From: Octopus bimaculoides
Lineage: Eukaryota
Reading direction: 5' to 3'
Assembly: GCF_001194135.2 (NCBI RefSeq)
Contig: NC_068983.1
Coordinates: 7,879,948 to 7,923,859 of the forward strand
DNA: 43,912 nt
The notes under the pieces are model-generated. The model was not told the origin of the DNA, searched no databases, and saw only the letters and a list, made by a program, of their open reading frames with translations. Of the stretch, positions 1 through 11,086 are shown piece after piece; the stretch's first letter is position 1, and each line of letters opens with the position of its first letter. The position numbers and the translations under genes are program-made.

Positions 1-77
1 CCCGAGCGTCATACTAATATATACTTTTGTTATTTACACCACCTGTCCTCGTCTGTTGTTATTATTTGTATATTCTC

Positions 78-123
<46 letters not shown>

Positions 124-128
124 GCGCG

Positions 129-307
129 CGTGTCTGTCTATGTGCCGTTGTATCTGTTTGAGAACGGGTGTTGCTGAGTTTATGTCCTTTTATTTTAGCG
201 GTTATAGAATAAGTGTCAGACATTACAATAGTATTGGGATCGATTCTTTCGACTAAATTTCTTCAAGGCGGTGTCCCAGCATGGCCACGGTCTAATGACT
301 GAAACAC
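129..307 (+). mobile_element. SINE family A, degenerate 3' half
   Basis: Ends in ...CTTCAAGGCGGTGTCCCAGCATGGCCACGGTCTAATGACTGAAAC, the tail motif shared with the copies at 8.8, 10.8, 22.9 and 36.8 kb. Confidence 0.75.
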
Positions 308-857
308 ATACATATGTATATGATGTATGTACACGCACATATATATATATATACATACATTTACATACACACCTATATATAAATTATATATGTTTGAATA
401 CAAAGATATATGTATTGTATATATATTATATATGTGTATATATGTTTTTTTGTATATACTCATTATCATGGATAGCACACATACACTCACACACTCACAC
501 CTGTATTCATTAGAAGCCGAAATATCTGGAGGCCGAGAAAACTTGAAGACTGGCGATGTATAATATTGATTTTTACTTTGGACAAGCAATTGGCACTTGG
601 CCGAACCATAGATTGTTGTTTCATCGGCGGAATTCAACTACGAATAACGCTTTTCTATTCCTATAAGCATGAAGGCATAACCAAAATATATTACATGCTA
701 CACAGAAATACCGACAAAATAGAAATATCTACTTACGCATACATAGGTTTATTACACGGTATATTGCTAAATATATACGCACCTCCATACAAACGCGCTG
801 AATCTCTGAATCTCTGAATATTCAACGTCCAGAGCTAAGCAAAATCATTTACTTTGC

Positions 858-915
<58 letters not shown>

Positions 916-1030
916 GTCGTTTGTTTAATAATCTGTTTGTTTGTTTGTCTGTTTGTCTGCTGTCTGTTTCTCTCTCCCTCCCTCTCTCCCTCCCTCTCTC
1001 TCTCTCATTCTCTCTCTCTCATTCTCTCTC
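858..1030. repeat. Compound microsatellite (TATC)n / (TTTG)n / (TC)n next to a gap
   Basis: Read directly. Confidence 0.95.
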
Positions 1031-2313
1031 NNNNNNNNNNNNNNNNNNNNNNNNNNNNNNNNNNNNNNNNNNNNNNNNNNNNNNNNNNNNNNNNNNNNNN
1101 NNNNNNNNNNNNNNNNNNNNNNNNNNNNNNNNNNNNNNNNNNNNNNNNNNNNNNNNNNNNNNNNNNNNNNNNNNNNNNNNNNNNNNNNNNNNNNNNNNNN
1201 NNNNNNNNNNNNNNNNNNNNNNNNNNNNNNNNNNNNNNNNNNNNNNNNNNNNNNNNNNNNNNNNNNNNNNNNNNNNNNNNNNNNNNNNNNNNNNNNNNNN
1301 NNNNNNNNNNNNNNNNNNNNNNNNNNNNNNNNNNNNNNNNNNNNNNNNNNNNNNNNNNNNNNNNNNNNNNNNNNNNNNNNNNNNNNNNNNNNNNNNNNNN
1401 NNNNNNNNNNNNNNNNNNNNNNNNNNNNNNNNNNNNNNNNNNNNNNNNNNNNNNNNNNNNNNNNNNNNNNNNNNNNNNNNNNNNNNNNNNNNNNNNNNNN
1501 NNNNNNNNNNNNNNNNNNNNNNNNNNNNNNNNNNNNNNNNNNNNNNNNNNNNNNNNNNNNNNNNNNNNNNNNNNNNNNNNNNNNNNNNNNNNNNNNNNNN
1601 NNNNNNNNNNNNNNNNNNNNNNNNNNNNNNNNNNNNNNNNNNNNNNNNNNNNNNNNNNNNNNNNNNNNNNNNNNNNNNNNNNNNNNNNNNNNNNNNNNNN
1701 NNNNNNNNNNNNNNNNNNNNNNNNNNNNNNNNNNNNNNNNNNNNNNNNNNNNNNNNNNNNNNNNNNNNNNNNNNNNNNNNNNNNNNNNNNTATATATATA
1801 TATATATGTATATGTATATACCCGCATACATTCACGCATGCGTACATATGCATATGGAAGCATGTTACCGTTTGCCTATGGTTGATTGTGTCAATGTCTC
1901 CCGAGCCATAAAAGTTATCCTTAATTCCTGCCAACTCTTCTTGTAAAGCCCAATTTCTTTTACTGTATTCCTCATAATATCTGTAGGCAATTCCTCCCCA
2001 ACTTTAATAAATCCCTCCTCCTCTCCCTCGTTTTCCTCTGCCCCTCTCTCTACGTTTATACGCTAGATTTTTCTTTTCTTTAACGTAGTAAGCAATTCAA
2101 GCATAAATTTCTGTTGCCATGTATTCAGGCAAAATTGAAATAAATAAATAAATAAATAGATACATAAAGAAATTAGAGAAAACAAAACAAAAAAAGTATA
2201 TTGTATTACAAAATAAATGTATCAAGGAAACAACTTTAACCACAACACGAACAATACGAAGTAGAAGCAGGAAAAATTTCGTTCGCAATATACCGCTCTA
2301 AATGCTAATCTGA

Positions 2314-2333
2314 TACATACATACATACATACA

Positions 2334-2367
<34 letters not shown>

Positions 2368-2712
2368 CATACATACGTGTATATATACATACAAACATAT
2401 ATATATATATATCTATATTTGAAATCCAAGTATCTATTGAATTCTCTGAAACATTGTTGAAATGTCTTCCTATACAATTCATATGTCATATATATGTGTG
2501 TATATATNNNNNNNNNNNNNNNNNNNNNNNNNNNNNNNNNNNNNNNNNNNNNNNNNNNNNNNNNNNNNNNNNNNNNNNNNNNNNNNNNNNNNNNNNNNNN
2601 NNNNNNNNNNNNNNNNNNNNNNNNNNNNNNNNNNNNNNNNNNNNNNNNNNNNNNNNNNNNNNNNNNNNNNNNNNNNNNNNNNNNNNNNNNNNNNNNNNNN
2701 GTATATGTATGG

Positions 2713-2743
<31 letters not shown>

Positions 2744-3060
2744 TATATCGATTTATTTGTTGCACTTGAACAGGAAAAAAAAAATTCTTTTTTATAACAT
2801 TGCGATTTCGAAAAGCGGTTTATATCTTGTTCAATTTTCTTTTTTTTGAAAAATCTTTTCTTTTCAAATTTTTTTTTTTTCAGAAAGAAAGACATGTACT
2901 TATATTGTTATCGTATTGTATTTGTTGTATGTATTGAACTGAAATTCTGAATGGATAAGTGCATACATACATACATACATACATACATACATACATACAT
3001 ACATACATACATACATACACATACATACATACATACATACATACATACTCATATGTGTGT
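2314..3060. repeat. (TACA)n/(TA)n microsatellite cluster around a gap
   Basis: (TACA)n runs at about 2314-2370, 2701-2745 (opposite orientation) and 2963-3048. Confidence 0.9.
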
Positions 3061-3194
3061 GTGTATATCTGCGTATCTTTATATGTACGTACATGTATAT
3101 ATGTATATATATTTCTGTTTGTATACATACCTCCTTACACACACACACACACAAACACACAAAACGATCATAGGTCCTTTTTGAGCCAAGACTT

Positions 3195-3406
3195 ATAAGG
3201 CTGGTCTCCCAGATTATGTGGTGTGTATATTATTCCACTGGATAAGACACCGATCCGTTACAGGACTGCTTGCGAGTTCTATGGGTTGAAGTGGCACAAA
3301 ATGAAGTGTTTTGCTCAAGAACACTAAGCATGGCCCAGCCTAGTAATCGAAACCATTATCTTATGATCATGAGTGTAACACTCTCACCACCAAACCATGC
3401 ATCCCT
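3195..3406 (-). mobile_element. tRNA-headed SINE family C, degenerate
   Basis: The reverse complement shows a tRNA-like head followed by GTGTTCTTGAGCAAAACACTTCATTT. It is homologous to the + copy at 41296. Confidence 0.65.
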
Positions 3407-3420
3407 ACACGCAGTGATTG

Positions 3421-3463
3421 TCACTCCGTCAGTTACGGCGACGAGTGTTCCTGTTGATCGGAT
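3421..3463 (-). mobile_element. SINE family B 3' tail remnant
   Basis: TCACTCCGTCAGTTACGGCGACGAGTGTTCCTGTTGATCGGAT matches 28672 ATCTCCGTTGCTTACGACGACGAGGGTTCCAGTTGAT and the 19553 copy. Confidence 0.6.
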
Positions 3464-3465
3464 GA

Positions 3466-5490
3466 CATTATTTGTGAACCATTCAGGGGACATTTCAAGT
3501 GTCCGATTAATAATCATCACCATCACTTTCCGTATCACTGTTCGATCCTACTCTGTCAAGGAAATCACTTTCACTAAGTTCACTGTCACTATCAGAGTCA
3601 GAATCTGATGCTCAACTTACATCTTCAAGTTCTTCCAGAATATCCACCAACTGACGGGGCATCACTTCACCCTCTGTCCACTTCGGCTTCATGATTCCAG
3701 CTTCCATTGTCCATCCATGTCCTTCGTCTGGTCTAGGCACTGAAGGCTTTGCAATGTTCGCGAGCTTCCATATTTTGGTCTGGAGATGCATCGCCGAACA
3801 CTTTGCTCGATGAAGTTTCTACATGGGGGCAGTGAAGCGAGATCGAATTGTTTTGATTTTGTGAAATCATCCTTCCACCGCACTTTGCTCATAAGGTTGT
3901 GAAATGCAATGTATTCACCTTTTTTGTCCCTTTGTTACCATACAGCACACATGTGAACCTCTCCAGTTTATTCATCACCTCCTCATCGACTTCCCAAGAC
4001 TTGGAGAACATTTCTGGAATGATTCCTCTGTTTCAACGACTTTCAGTCCCTTCACTATCCCTTCCCCTTTAAAGGCACTGGTACTGTCGCAGAACAGAGA
4101 ACAGGTGTGGAAGAAATAGCCATCTTGGTCACATCGATACAGCGTCGTATGTTACTCTTTCCAGTTTCAAACAGAATTTGAAATCCTCCCAGGAGTCTAT
4201 CATGGTGAAGTAAGATGAAAGATATGTCTGAATCGTGACTCCTCACGCGAACGGATTTCCATCCCCGTTCTTTGATATACTTGCAATACAGGATCACACG
4301 AGTGTTAGTTTCTTCCTGTGAAGATTCGATAGAGTGTTCTTCTTGACAGAATGTGTTATGTCCATCCGATGTCAATTAGTAAGCTTTTCCTTCACATATC
4401 TGTACCATCTCATGTCCAGCAAGAATGTCGGCAGACACTCCACTTCTCCAAATTGAGAGCAAAAGCTGAATGAACTGTCTTCTCATCATTTGCAAGAAAG
4501 AGTTTCCAGTCTTTCAGACGCTTTGTTTTCTCACCACTCAGGATGAGTTTGTCTTCAACACCTCGACTGTTTCGTTCCACCTCTTTTACAGAGTCTTCCT
4601 GGTACATGTCAGTGCGAAATATGACAGGTGACAGGTGAAGAGCGGATCCTAACATCATACAAGATATTTCCCCGAATGTTTGTGGAATCTCACGCAAGCA
4701 ATGGAATACCGCATTTCTGTCTTCTATGATGAGGCACTGTTTTGGATCAGGTAACTGCGCATCATCACATTCTTTCACAACATGTTTGAAGCCTTTCGAT
4801 TTGTCTGTTTTTGCTAAAAATACGTCTGCCAATCCAATGCTGTATGGAACAGGTGTCAATGGGTATGTTAACGGTTTGTAAAGGTCAAGGTTCCGACCAA
4901 TATGTGCTTGAGACTTCACTAGCAAGTGAAACGATATGTTTCTACGCTGCTTGTACTAGATAACTTTGTTTTGAGAAGTTGAAAGTTTCACGGACTTGTG
5001 CATGTGTGCCATGGTTTTCAAATTTGGGCTTTTAATAGGATCAAAGAAGCCACCCTTCTCCATTAGTCTGTTTTCTATGAAGTCTTCCTTTGCTAGCCTA
5101 CCAGCAGTCTCAGCAGTGAGAACGTCCTTCGCAACTGAAGCCTGAGCGCCGAGAATAATAGATTGTACAACTTTCCATCATCTGGGATGTTTAAAGGGTT
5201 GTTGCAGCACTTGATAGCTGCAATGGTCACAGTGTCACAAGGGCGAACATCCCGATGCTGCAGTCCTTTGTCTGCTTCATCATGTTGTTGACTGGATGTT
5301 TGATTTTATCAGTCTCGGTAGCAGTTTTGGGGACACGGCAAGCCAACGGTTGTTCTATGTGTTCACTATCAGTTCGTATTTGAAGCTTCCCGTGCGAATG
5401 CGAAGTATTATTGCATGTCGTTTCCAAATTTCTGGAAGAGTGAATAGCGTCATGGTGCTGTTTTTCTCACAGATGGTGCCCAACTGACCC
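3466..5490 (-). mobile_element. Decayed Academ(X)-type DNA transposon: C-terminal XPG/FEN1-like nuclease region, with frameshifts and stops
   Basis: Stitched minus-strand translation: FFDPIKSPNLKTM..NKVI*YKQRRNISFHLLVKSQ..LTYPLTPVPYSIG..KTDKSKG..IIEDRNA..FRTDMYQEDSVKEVER..KDWKLFLAND..SQEETNTRVILY..VRVRSHDSDISFILLHH..FETGKSNIRRCI..CDSTSAFKG..LPPC..IWKLA..GHGW..KPKW, then an acidic tail and TAA at 3507-3509. EExxTR, DSD and CDSTSAF are the XPG-like acidic and H3TH motifs known from Academ proteins. No terminal inverted repeat (TIR) was found. Confidence 0.75.
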
Positions 5491-5571
5491 TACCATAATG
5501 TAGTCGACAAAATCAAAAGTAAACAATGCACATGCAAGAAATTCAAAATATAAAATGGCTACAGTTCTCCC

Positions 5572-5572
<1 letters not shown>

Positions 5573-5615
<43 letters not shown>

Positions 5616-6015
5616 TTATACATATACATACAAGCACATATTTGAAAAGACACCAGTTTTATATTCATTTCTACAGGTGTTTTAATAAGCTTTATATAAT
5701 CAGAATTACGAAACAAATTATGTCAAAATGATATCGAAAGGGAGACTTTTTCAAACATTAATAGAATTTTAAATTGTTCTTATCTAGTTTGAAAAGTTGT
5801 GAAAAAATAAAGAACAACAAATAATAGAATTAGAACTCGAGGTTAGTATGTCACTATAAGAATTCAGAACTTATCATGTCTCCCAAGTATTATATTGCAT
5901 AGCAATATAGTTATCCACCGCTCCATAAAACTGTATGACACTGTACATCAAAGAATCAATATGAGTGTGTATATATATATATGTATGTGTGTATATATGT
6001 ATATATATATATATA

Positions 6016-6049
<34 letters not shown>

Positions 6050-6510
6050 TATGTATGCATATATATGTATATATATATGTATATATATATACATATACAT
6101 ATATAATTATGTATGTATATACATACGTATAGATGTTTAGCCATAAGAAATACACAAATGTACACATGCACATAGTCACTTATAAACACGTAGATACACA
6201 TTTAGACATGAACAATACTTATGTATATATATATTCATGTGCATACATATATACATTCATATACACGTATATACACACAAATACACACACATACACATGC
6301 ACACATATATATGTATATATATATACGTACAAAGATTCATGCAGATATCAAGAGCTATAAATATATATATATGCAAATATATAATTAGGTACACATATAT
6401 ACATCTATACATAAATACACACATATATGTATACTCTTATAGGCGCATACACACACACACATATATATATACATATCTTTACAAACATACACACATATAC
6501 ATACACATGC
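5573..6510. repeat. Long degenerate (TA)/(CA)/(TACA) low-complexity tract
   Basis: Read directly. It produces the YIYI/HTHT pseudo-ORFs in the track. Confidence 0.9.
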
Positions 6511-6871
6511 ACACACATTACTTACGCGTTCGGAGAGTTTGTTTTTCAAGCGTAAGTTTGCTATGGGGTAAATTCAAATATTTCGTGCATCACTGCATGA
6601 GTAAACTAATTTAAATTAATTAAATACATTGGAAGATCGTATACGGATGTCATGTTTAAATAACTCACAATTTTTTAACTCTATTTGCTACCATTTTCCA
6701 GCTTTTCTTCAAGGACTTTTTCTGCCAGTATTTTCATTTAACTTGGTTGCAAACCCTGACCTTGATGTAAATAATTTAAATTCAACGTGAGTGGTAAGAC
6801 TAATGTTTATTGTTAATATAGTCTAAATACACTAATTTGAAGATGGAAAATGCGGAAGATATAGCTTTACT

Positions 6872-6960
6872 GGCGCGAACAAGTCAGTGTGGTTAAGAAC
6901 CTCGCTTTGCAGGTGAGTTCGGTTTCAGTTCCACAGCTTGGGCAAGTGTCTTCTACTATA
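6872..6960 (+). mobile_element. SINE family A 5' head, degenerate and truncated
   Basis: GTGTGGTTAAGAA..GGTTTCAGTTCCACAGCTTGGGCAAGTGTCTTCTACTATA matches the head of the 36781-37766 copy. Confidence 0.7.
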
Positions 6961-7453
6961 GTAACTTTATTGACGTCCTCCTTAAACCTATTCTCCAAAG
7001 ATACCGAGCTTTATACGGGATGATCTGGACTTTTTAAACCATCTCCCGAACAAAACCAGCAAGGACTTCTTCCTGGTTTCATTCGATGTAATAAACCTCT
7101 ACACCTCGATTCCTCACGAATACGGATTAATAGCCATACAATACTGGCTGGAAAAATTCCCACATGACATTCCTGACCGAATCGGAAAAGAATTCATCAT
7201 TGAAGAAATAAAATTCATCCTACAGAACAACTTCTTCAATTTCAATGAAAACACTTATAGACAAAAATCGGGCACGGCTATGGGAACGAGGGTAGCGCCT
7301 ACTTTTGCGAACCTTGTCATGGCATACTTGGAAGTCCAGATATACGAACACACTAGATTGAAATTTGGAGACAACTTCCAAAAATACTTACTCACCAACT
7401 GAAAACGCTACCTGGATGACTGTTTCCTCCTGTGGCCACATAACCTTGAACAA
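6961..7453 (+). mobile_element. Penelope-like element reverse transcriptase fragment (pseudogenised)
   Basis: Translation IRDDLDFLNHLP..LVSFDVINLYTSIPHEYG..FILQNNFFNFNENTYRQKSGTAMGTRVAPTFANLVMAYLE..N*KRYLDDCFLLW. These are PLE-type RT motifs (DVxxLYTSIP, GTAMGT..AP..ANL, YLDD). It is absent from the ORF track because it has no start codon. Confidence 0.9.
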
Positions 7454-8404
7454 ATGGGTTTCGTTTCCCATTCAAACTGCTCCAGCCTTTCGAATGTCAT
7501 CCTCGCTGTATGTGACCGAGCATTATCCTGATGGAAGAACACCTTTCGTCTTGAAATCAACGATGGTCGTTTTCCTTCTAGCGCTGACTTAAGCCGCTCA
7601 AGCTGCTCGCAGTAGATCTCCTTTGTTATCGCTTGGTTTGGGTTTAAAAGTTAAGAGTGGACTGAACCTTTGATATCCCACCAAAGAGATAACGACACCT
7701 TACGTGGGTAAAAGCCTTCTTTAGACTGGAGTACCGGTGTTTCTCCTTCCTCTGCCCACTGTCTTCGCCGCTTAACATTCCTCATCACCAGTCACTATTC
7801 GGTACGAAAAAGGTTCATTCGTGATATGTAACAGCAAAGAAGAGCACACATTCACTCTCTGCGCGCTATTACACTCGGTAAGTTTTTGAGGAATCCATTG
7901 ACCCAAGTCGATGATTCTTCCAATGGCGCACTGGTGTCGATGAATGGTTGAATGACCAAATCCAAGATTCTCTGCTAATTCCTTAACAGTTACGATGTAA
8001 TTTTGTTCCACCAGGGTTTGCAGTATGTCCTCGTCGAGCTCTACAGATCTTCCAGGACGTGGCTCGTCTTCTAGGCTGTAGTTTCCAGCTCGGAATTTCT
8101 AGAGTCACCGATGAAATTGGCTTGCGCTTATTGTCCGATCCCCATATGCTGTATTAATATTCTCCCCACTTTCCATTGCGTTGTTGCTTTATTGAACTCA
8201 GAAAGCAAAATGTGCCAAATATGCTCCTTTGTCATTTCCATTACAGCTTTGAAAAAAATGACTGTTAAAATCAAACTGCAGTCTTCAAAACTTACACTAA
8301 AAATAACGGCAAAGTAAAATTACTACCTGCTTTTATCCACCCCCTCTGACTTTTAGTTCTTCAATTAAAAAAAAAAAAAACGCATTATTTATGGGATGAC
8401 CCAA
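7454..8404 (-). mobile_element. Tc1/mariner (mariner) transposon, 5' TIR to the second catalytic Asp, 3'-truncated
   Basis: TA (8405-8406) then TIR TTGGGTCATCCCATAAATAATGCG; ATG at 8241. Stitched protein: MEMTKEHIWHILL..KFRAGNYSLEDEPRPGRS..WIPQKL..IVTGDE..YPRKVSLSLWWDIKG..FHQDNARSHTA..EWET. Confidence 0.95.
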
Positions 8405-8417
8405 TATAGACGTATAT

Positions 8418-8855
8418 TATATATATGTGTGTGTGTGTTTGTGTCTGTGTTTGTCCCCCCTCATTGGCCTGGGTGTGTGTACGTCCCCATAACGTAGCGG
8501 TTCGGCAAAGAGACCGATACAGTAAGTACTAGGCTTAAAAATAAGTCCAGGAGTTGAATTGTTTAACAAATTCAATGTGATGCTCCAGCATGGCCGCATA
8601 TAAATATTTATATATATTACTTGTTTCAGTCATTTGACTGCGGCCATGTCGGGGCATTGCCTTGAATATAAATATGTGTGTGTGTGTGTGTGTGTGTCTG
8701 TGTCTGCGTTTGTCCCACAACAGCGATTGACAACCGATAGAATAAGTACCAGGCTTTAAGAAAAAATTCTGGGGTCGATTCATTTGACTAGCAATTCTTC
8801 AAGGTAGTGCCCCAGCTTGGCCACAGTCTAATGACTGAAACTAGTAAAAGTAAAG
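8418..8855. mobile_element. Cluster of three SINE A 3' pieces: + (8418-8598), - (8617-8666), + (8674-8855)
   Basis: Each carries the GCTCCAGCATGGCCGCA / ATGACTGAAAC tail motif. The middle piece is inverted. Confidence 0.8.
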
Positions 8856-9461
8856 ATATGGATTCTCTACTAAATGAAACAAAAATGTATAACATTCTTA
8901 ACGCTTATTCAGCTATGTCCTCAAATGCTACAACGTTTAGCCCCATCAGCCGATCCTTTTGAATATATGTTATACATTGGTTCTGTCCCACTTTAGAACC
9001 GAACACTAATCAAAGACCATGATCTTAAACAATTAAGAAAAATAGATCCAATAAAATTTGAAGACGAAATATGAAATTTATCGCGCAAAACAATGCATAA
9101 ACACTTAAAAATTCATCATTACGCTGATTCTTTACATGGCATTAGATCCTTTGGAACTCACACCCATCCGCCTTATCATTTCTTTATCAGTATTAGTTCC
9201 ATTTTCTTTTCATATTCTTTCATCCTCATGGGTTCTCTTTTCTTTTTTCATATTTCCATCTTTTAAAGTTTCTCCTTTTCTTCGCTCCTTTCGCGTTGTT
9301 GTTTTGATTAATCTCCAAATCTGACATATTCTGAACCTGTAACCTTTCTTTTCAGATTCCTTTATATGTCAGTTTCTTTACTGTTGCTTTTGCTCCTACC
9401 CTACCCCACATCCACATTTAATTCATCTAAAATATATGCTACATTCCATTTCGCACAACAC

Positions 9462-9496
9462 TCTTTTGAAAAGCCATCGTCGGCGAAACATCAAAG
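9462..9496 (+). ncRNA. Degenerate, probably inactive, minimal hammerhead ribozyme motif
   Basis: CTT-TTGAAAA-GCC ATCGTC GGC-GAAAC-ATC-AAAG. Stem II and GAAAC are intact, but three transitions separate it from CTGAAGA...GAAAC GTC. Confidence 0.35.
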
Positions 9497-9555
9497 CCAC
9501 AGTCAACATTTAAAAAATATATAAATAATTACCCCAAACAAATACACTGTGTAAC

Positions 9556-9611
<56 letters not shown>

Positions 9612-9681
9612 ATGTTTATGTATATATATTTATTAATTTATACATACGCACAAACATATACACATACATACAACCATACAT

Positions 9682-9716
<35 letters not shown>

Positions 9717-9724
9717 CGATGTTG

Positions 9725-9890
9725 CTATATAATCTCAGGTCAGCCTCGATCAAGCAAACTTGTAATGAAAACAATACAAGCGTGACCACTCGTCTTTTAT
9801 TTTAAGACACACTGTATATAAAACTACATTATTTAATTTTTTTTAAAGATGGTAGCCTGTGATTTAAGAGAAATTTGTTTGCTACATTCA
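9725..9890 (+). repeat. Dispersed repeat family E fragment (relatives on - at about 34100-34190 and 38455-38575)
   Basis: CAGGTCAGCCTCGATCAAGCAAAC resembles the reverse complement at about 38520-38545 (CAGGTCAACCTTGATTGAGCAAAC). Confidence 0.5.
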
Positions 9891-10138
9891 CCAGGGCGTC
9901 TTCGAGGCGCCTTTTATTGTTTTATGTTTGTTATATCGAAAAGAACAGGATGGGTAGAGCGAGTCTGTCTTGCTCTAAATATACTATATAAAGATAAAGA
10001 ATACAGTCGATTTTTCAGTGACCCTCACAACCAATGGGTTGGGAAACATACTATACACAATTACCGTCCTCATCTTATTCATTATACATATGCGTATATA
10101 AGCCAATAAATTTATTTCGATGTGGTTTTTCAACCTAC

Positions 10139-10165
10139 TGAAACTGTTGCGGACGAAAAACCTTC
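10139..10165 (-). CDS. Candidate 27-nt micro-exon (R/G)RFFVRNSF(S), KCNT/Slo2-like
   Basis: TTCCAG|GA AGG TTT TTC GTC CGC AAC AGT TTC A|GTAGGT. The peptide resembles FFIKNQRS of KCNT channels as I recall it. Its phase (1-1) does not match the 12477 donor. Confidence 0.25.
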
Positions 10166-10650
10166 CTGGAATCGCACACAACGAATTTTAAAAAGAGCAA
10201 TAATCATATTTGATAATGTAGTCGCAATTATGTTTTTTGCTACTCAAACATATGTGCGGGTCTTTATGACAGGAAGTTTTGAGTACAAATCTAAGTGAAC
10301 AGAGATGGCCTGAAACAAAACAATAATATTCATAGTAACAATATGCTCATAATTCCATTATAAAAGCTACATCATTTTCCATTTGCATAATCATCCATAT
10401 AAAGAAATAAAGACCCAGTTCCTTTTACGTCGTTTGGAAACCAAAATAACATTTATATAAAAATTAATGAATATATAATAATAAAAGACTAATGCATACA
10501 TCAATCAATTAATCAGTCAATGGCACAGAAAACAACTTGGTAAGTATTGTCTCTATTGCTCGTTTGTTTGTTTCAGTGACTGGATTCAGCCATGCAGGGG
10601 CACCGCCATGAAGCATTTAATCGAGCAAGTACTTATTTTTAAAAAGTCTT

Positions 10651-10654
<4 letters not shown>

Positions 10655-10713
<59 letters not shown>

Positions 10714-10716
10714 CCT
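10655..10716. repeat. (TCTA)n microsatellite
   Basis: Read directly. Confidence 0.95.
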
Positions 10717-10782
10717 ACCTGTCTTAAGTTAGTGAGATTGATGCTGGTGTAAAGTATGAAACTAGATTAATATTGATGCATG

Positions 10783-10929
10783 TTTACTCTTTTACTTGTT
10801 TCAGTCATTTGACTGCGGCCATGCTGGAGCACTGCCTTTATAGTCGAGCAAATCAAACCCAGAGCTTATTCTCGGTTGTCAAGCGATGCTGGGGGGACAA
10901 ACAGACAAACAAACATACACACACACATG

Positions 10930-10975
<46 letters not shown>

Positions 10976-11086
10976 ACGGGCTTTTTCTAGTTTCCGTCTA
11001 CCAAATCTACTCACAAGGCAGTGGGACTGAACCCGGGACCATGTGGTTGGTAAGCAAGCTACTTACCATACAGCCACTCCCGCGCC
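10783..11086 (-). mobile_element. SINE family A, both ends present with internal deletions
   Basis: tRNA-like head GGCGCGGGAGTGGCTGTATGGTAAG..GGTTCAGTCCC, an internal (TA)n/(TG)n tract, and a (GTAAAAGA)-type tail. Possible target-site duplication (TSD) ATGTTT at 10780-10785 and 11088-11093. Confidence 0.9.

Noticed and set aside
263-637. 124-aa ORF and a nearby GTGAGT donor
   Set aside because: The second half is microsatellite, and I found no convincing acceptor, phase fit or homology.
2097-2297. Hydrophobic ORF LRTKFFLLLLRIVRVVVKVVSLI as the KCNT S1 exon
   Set aside because: The resemblance to LRIRLFNFSLKLL is weak and easy to get in T-rich DNA. Charged residues fall in the supposed membrane segment, and the splice sites are poor.
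2880-6614. YIYI, HTHT, CVCV and MYVC ORFs here and throughout the window
   Set aside because: They are translations of (TA)n, (CA)n and (TACA)n with no protein-like complexity.
8950-9070. YIGS..NR..DH as a second GIY-YIG remnant
   Set aside because: The match is too short, contains stops, and has no upstream IY..C..C motif.
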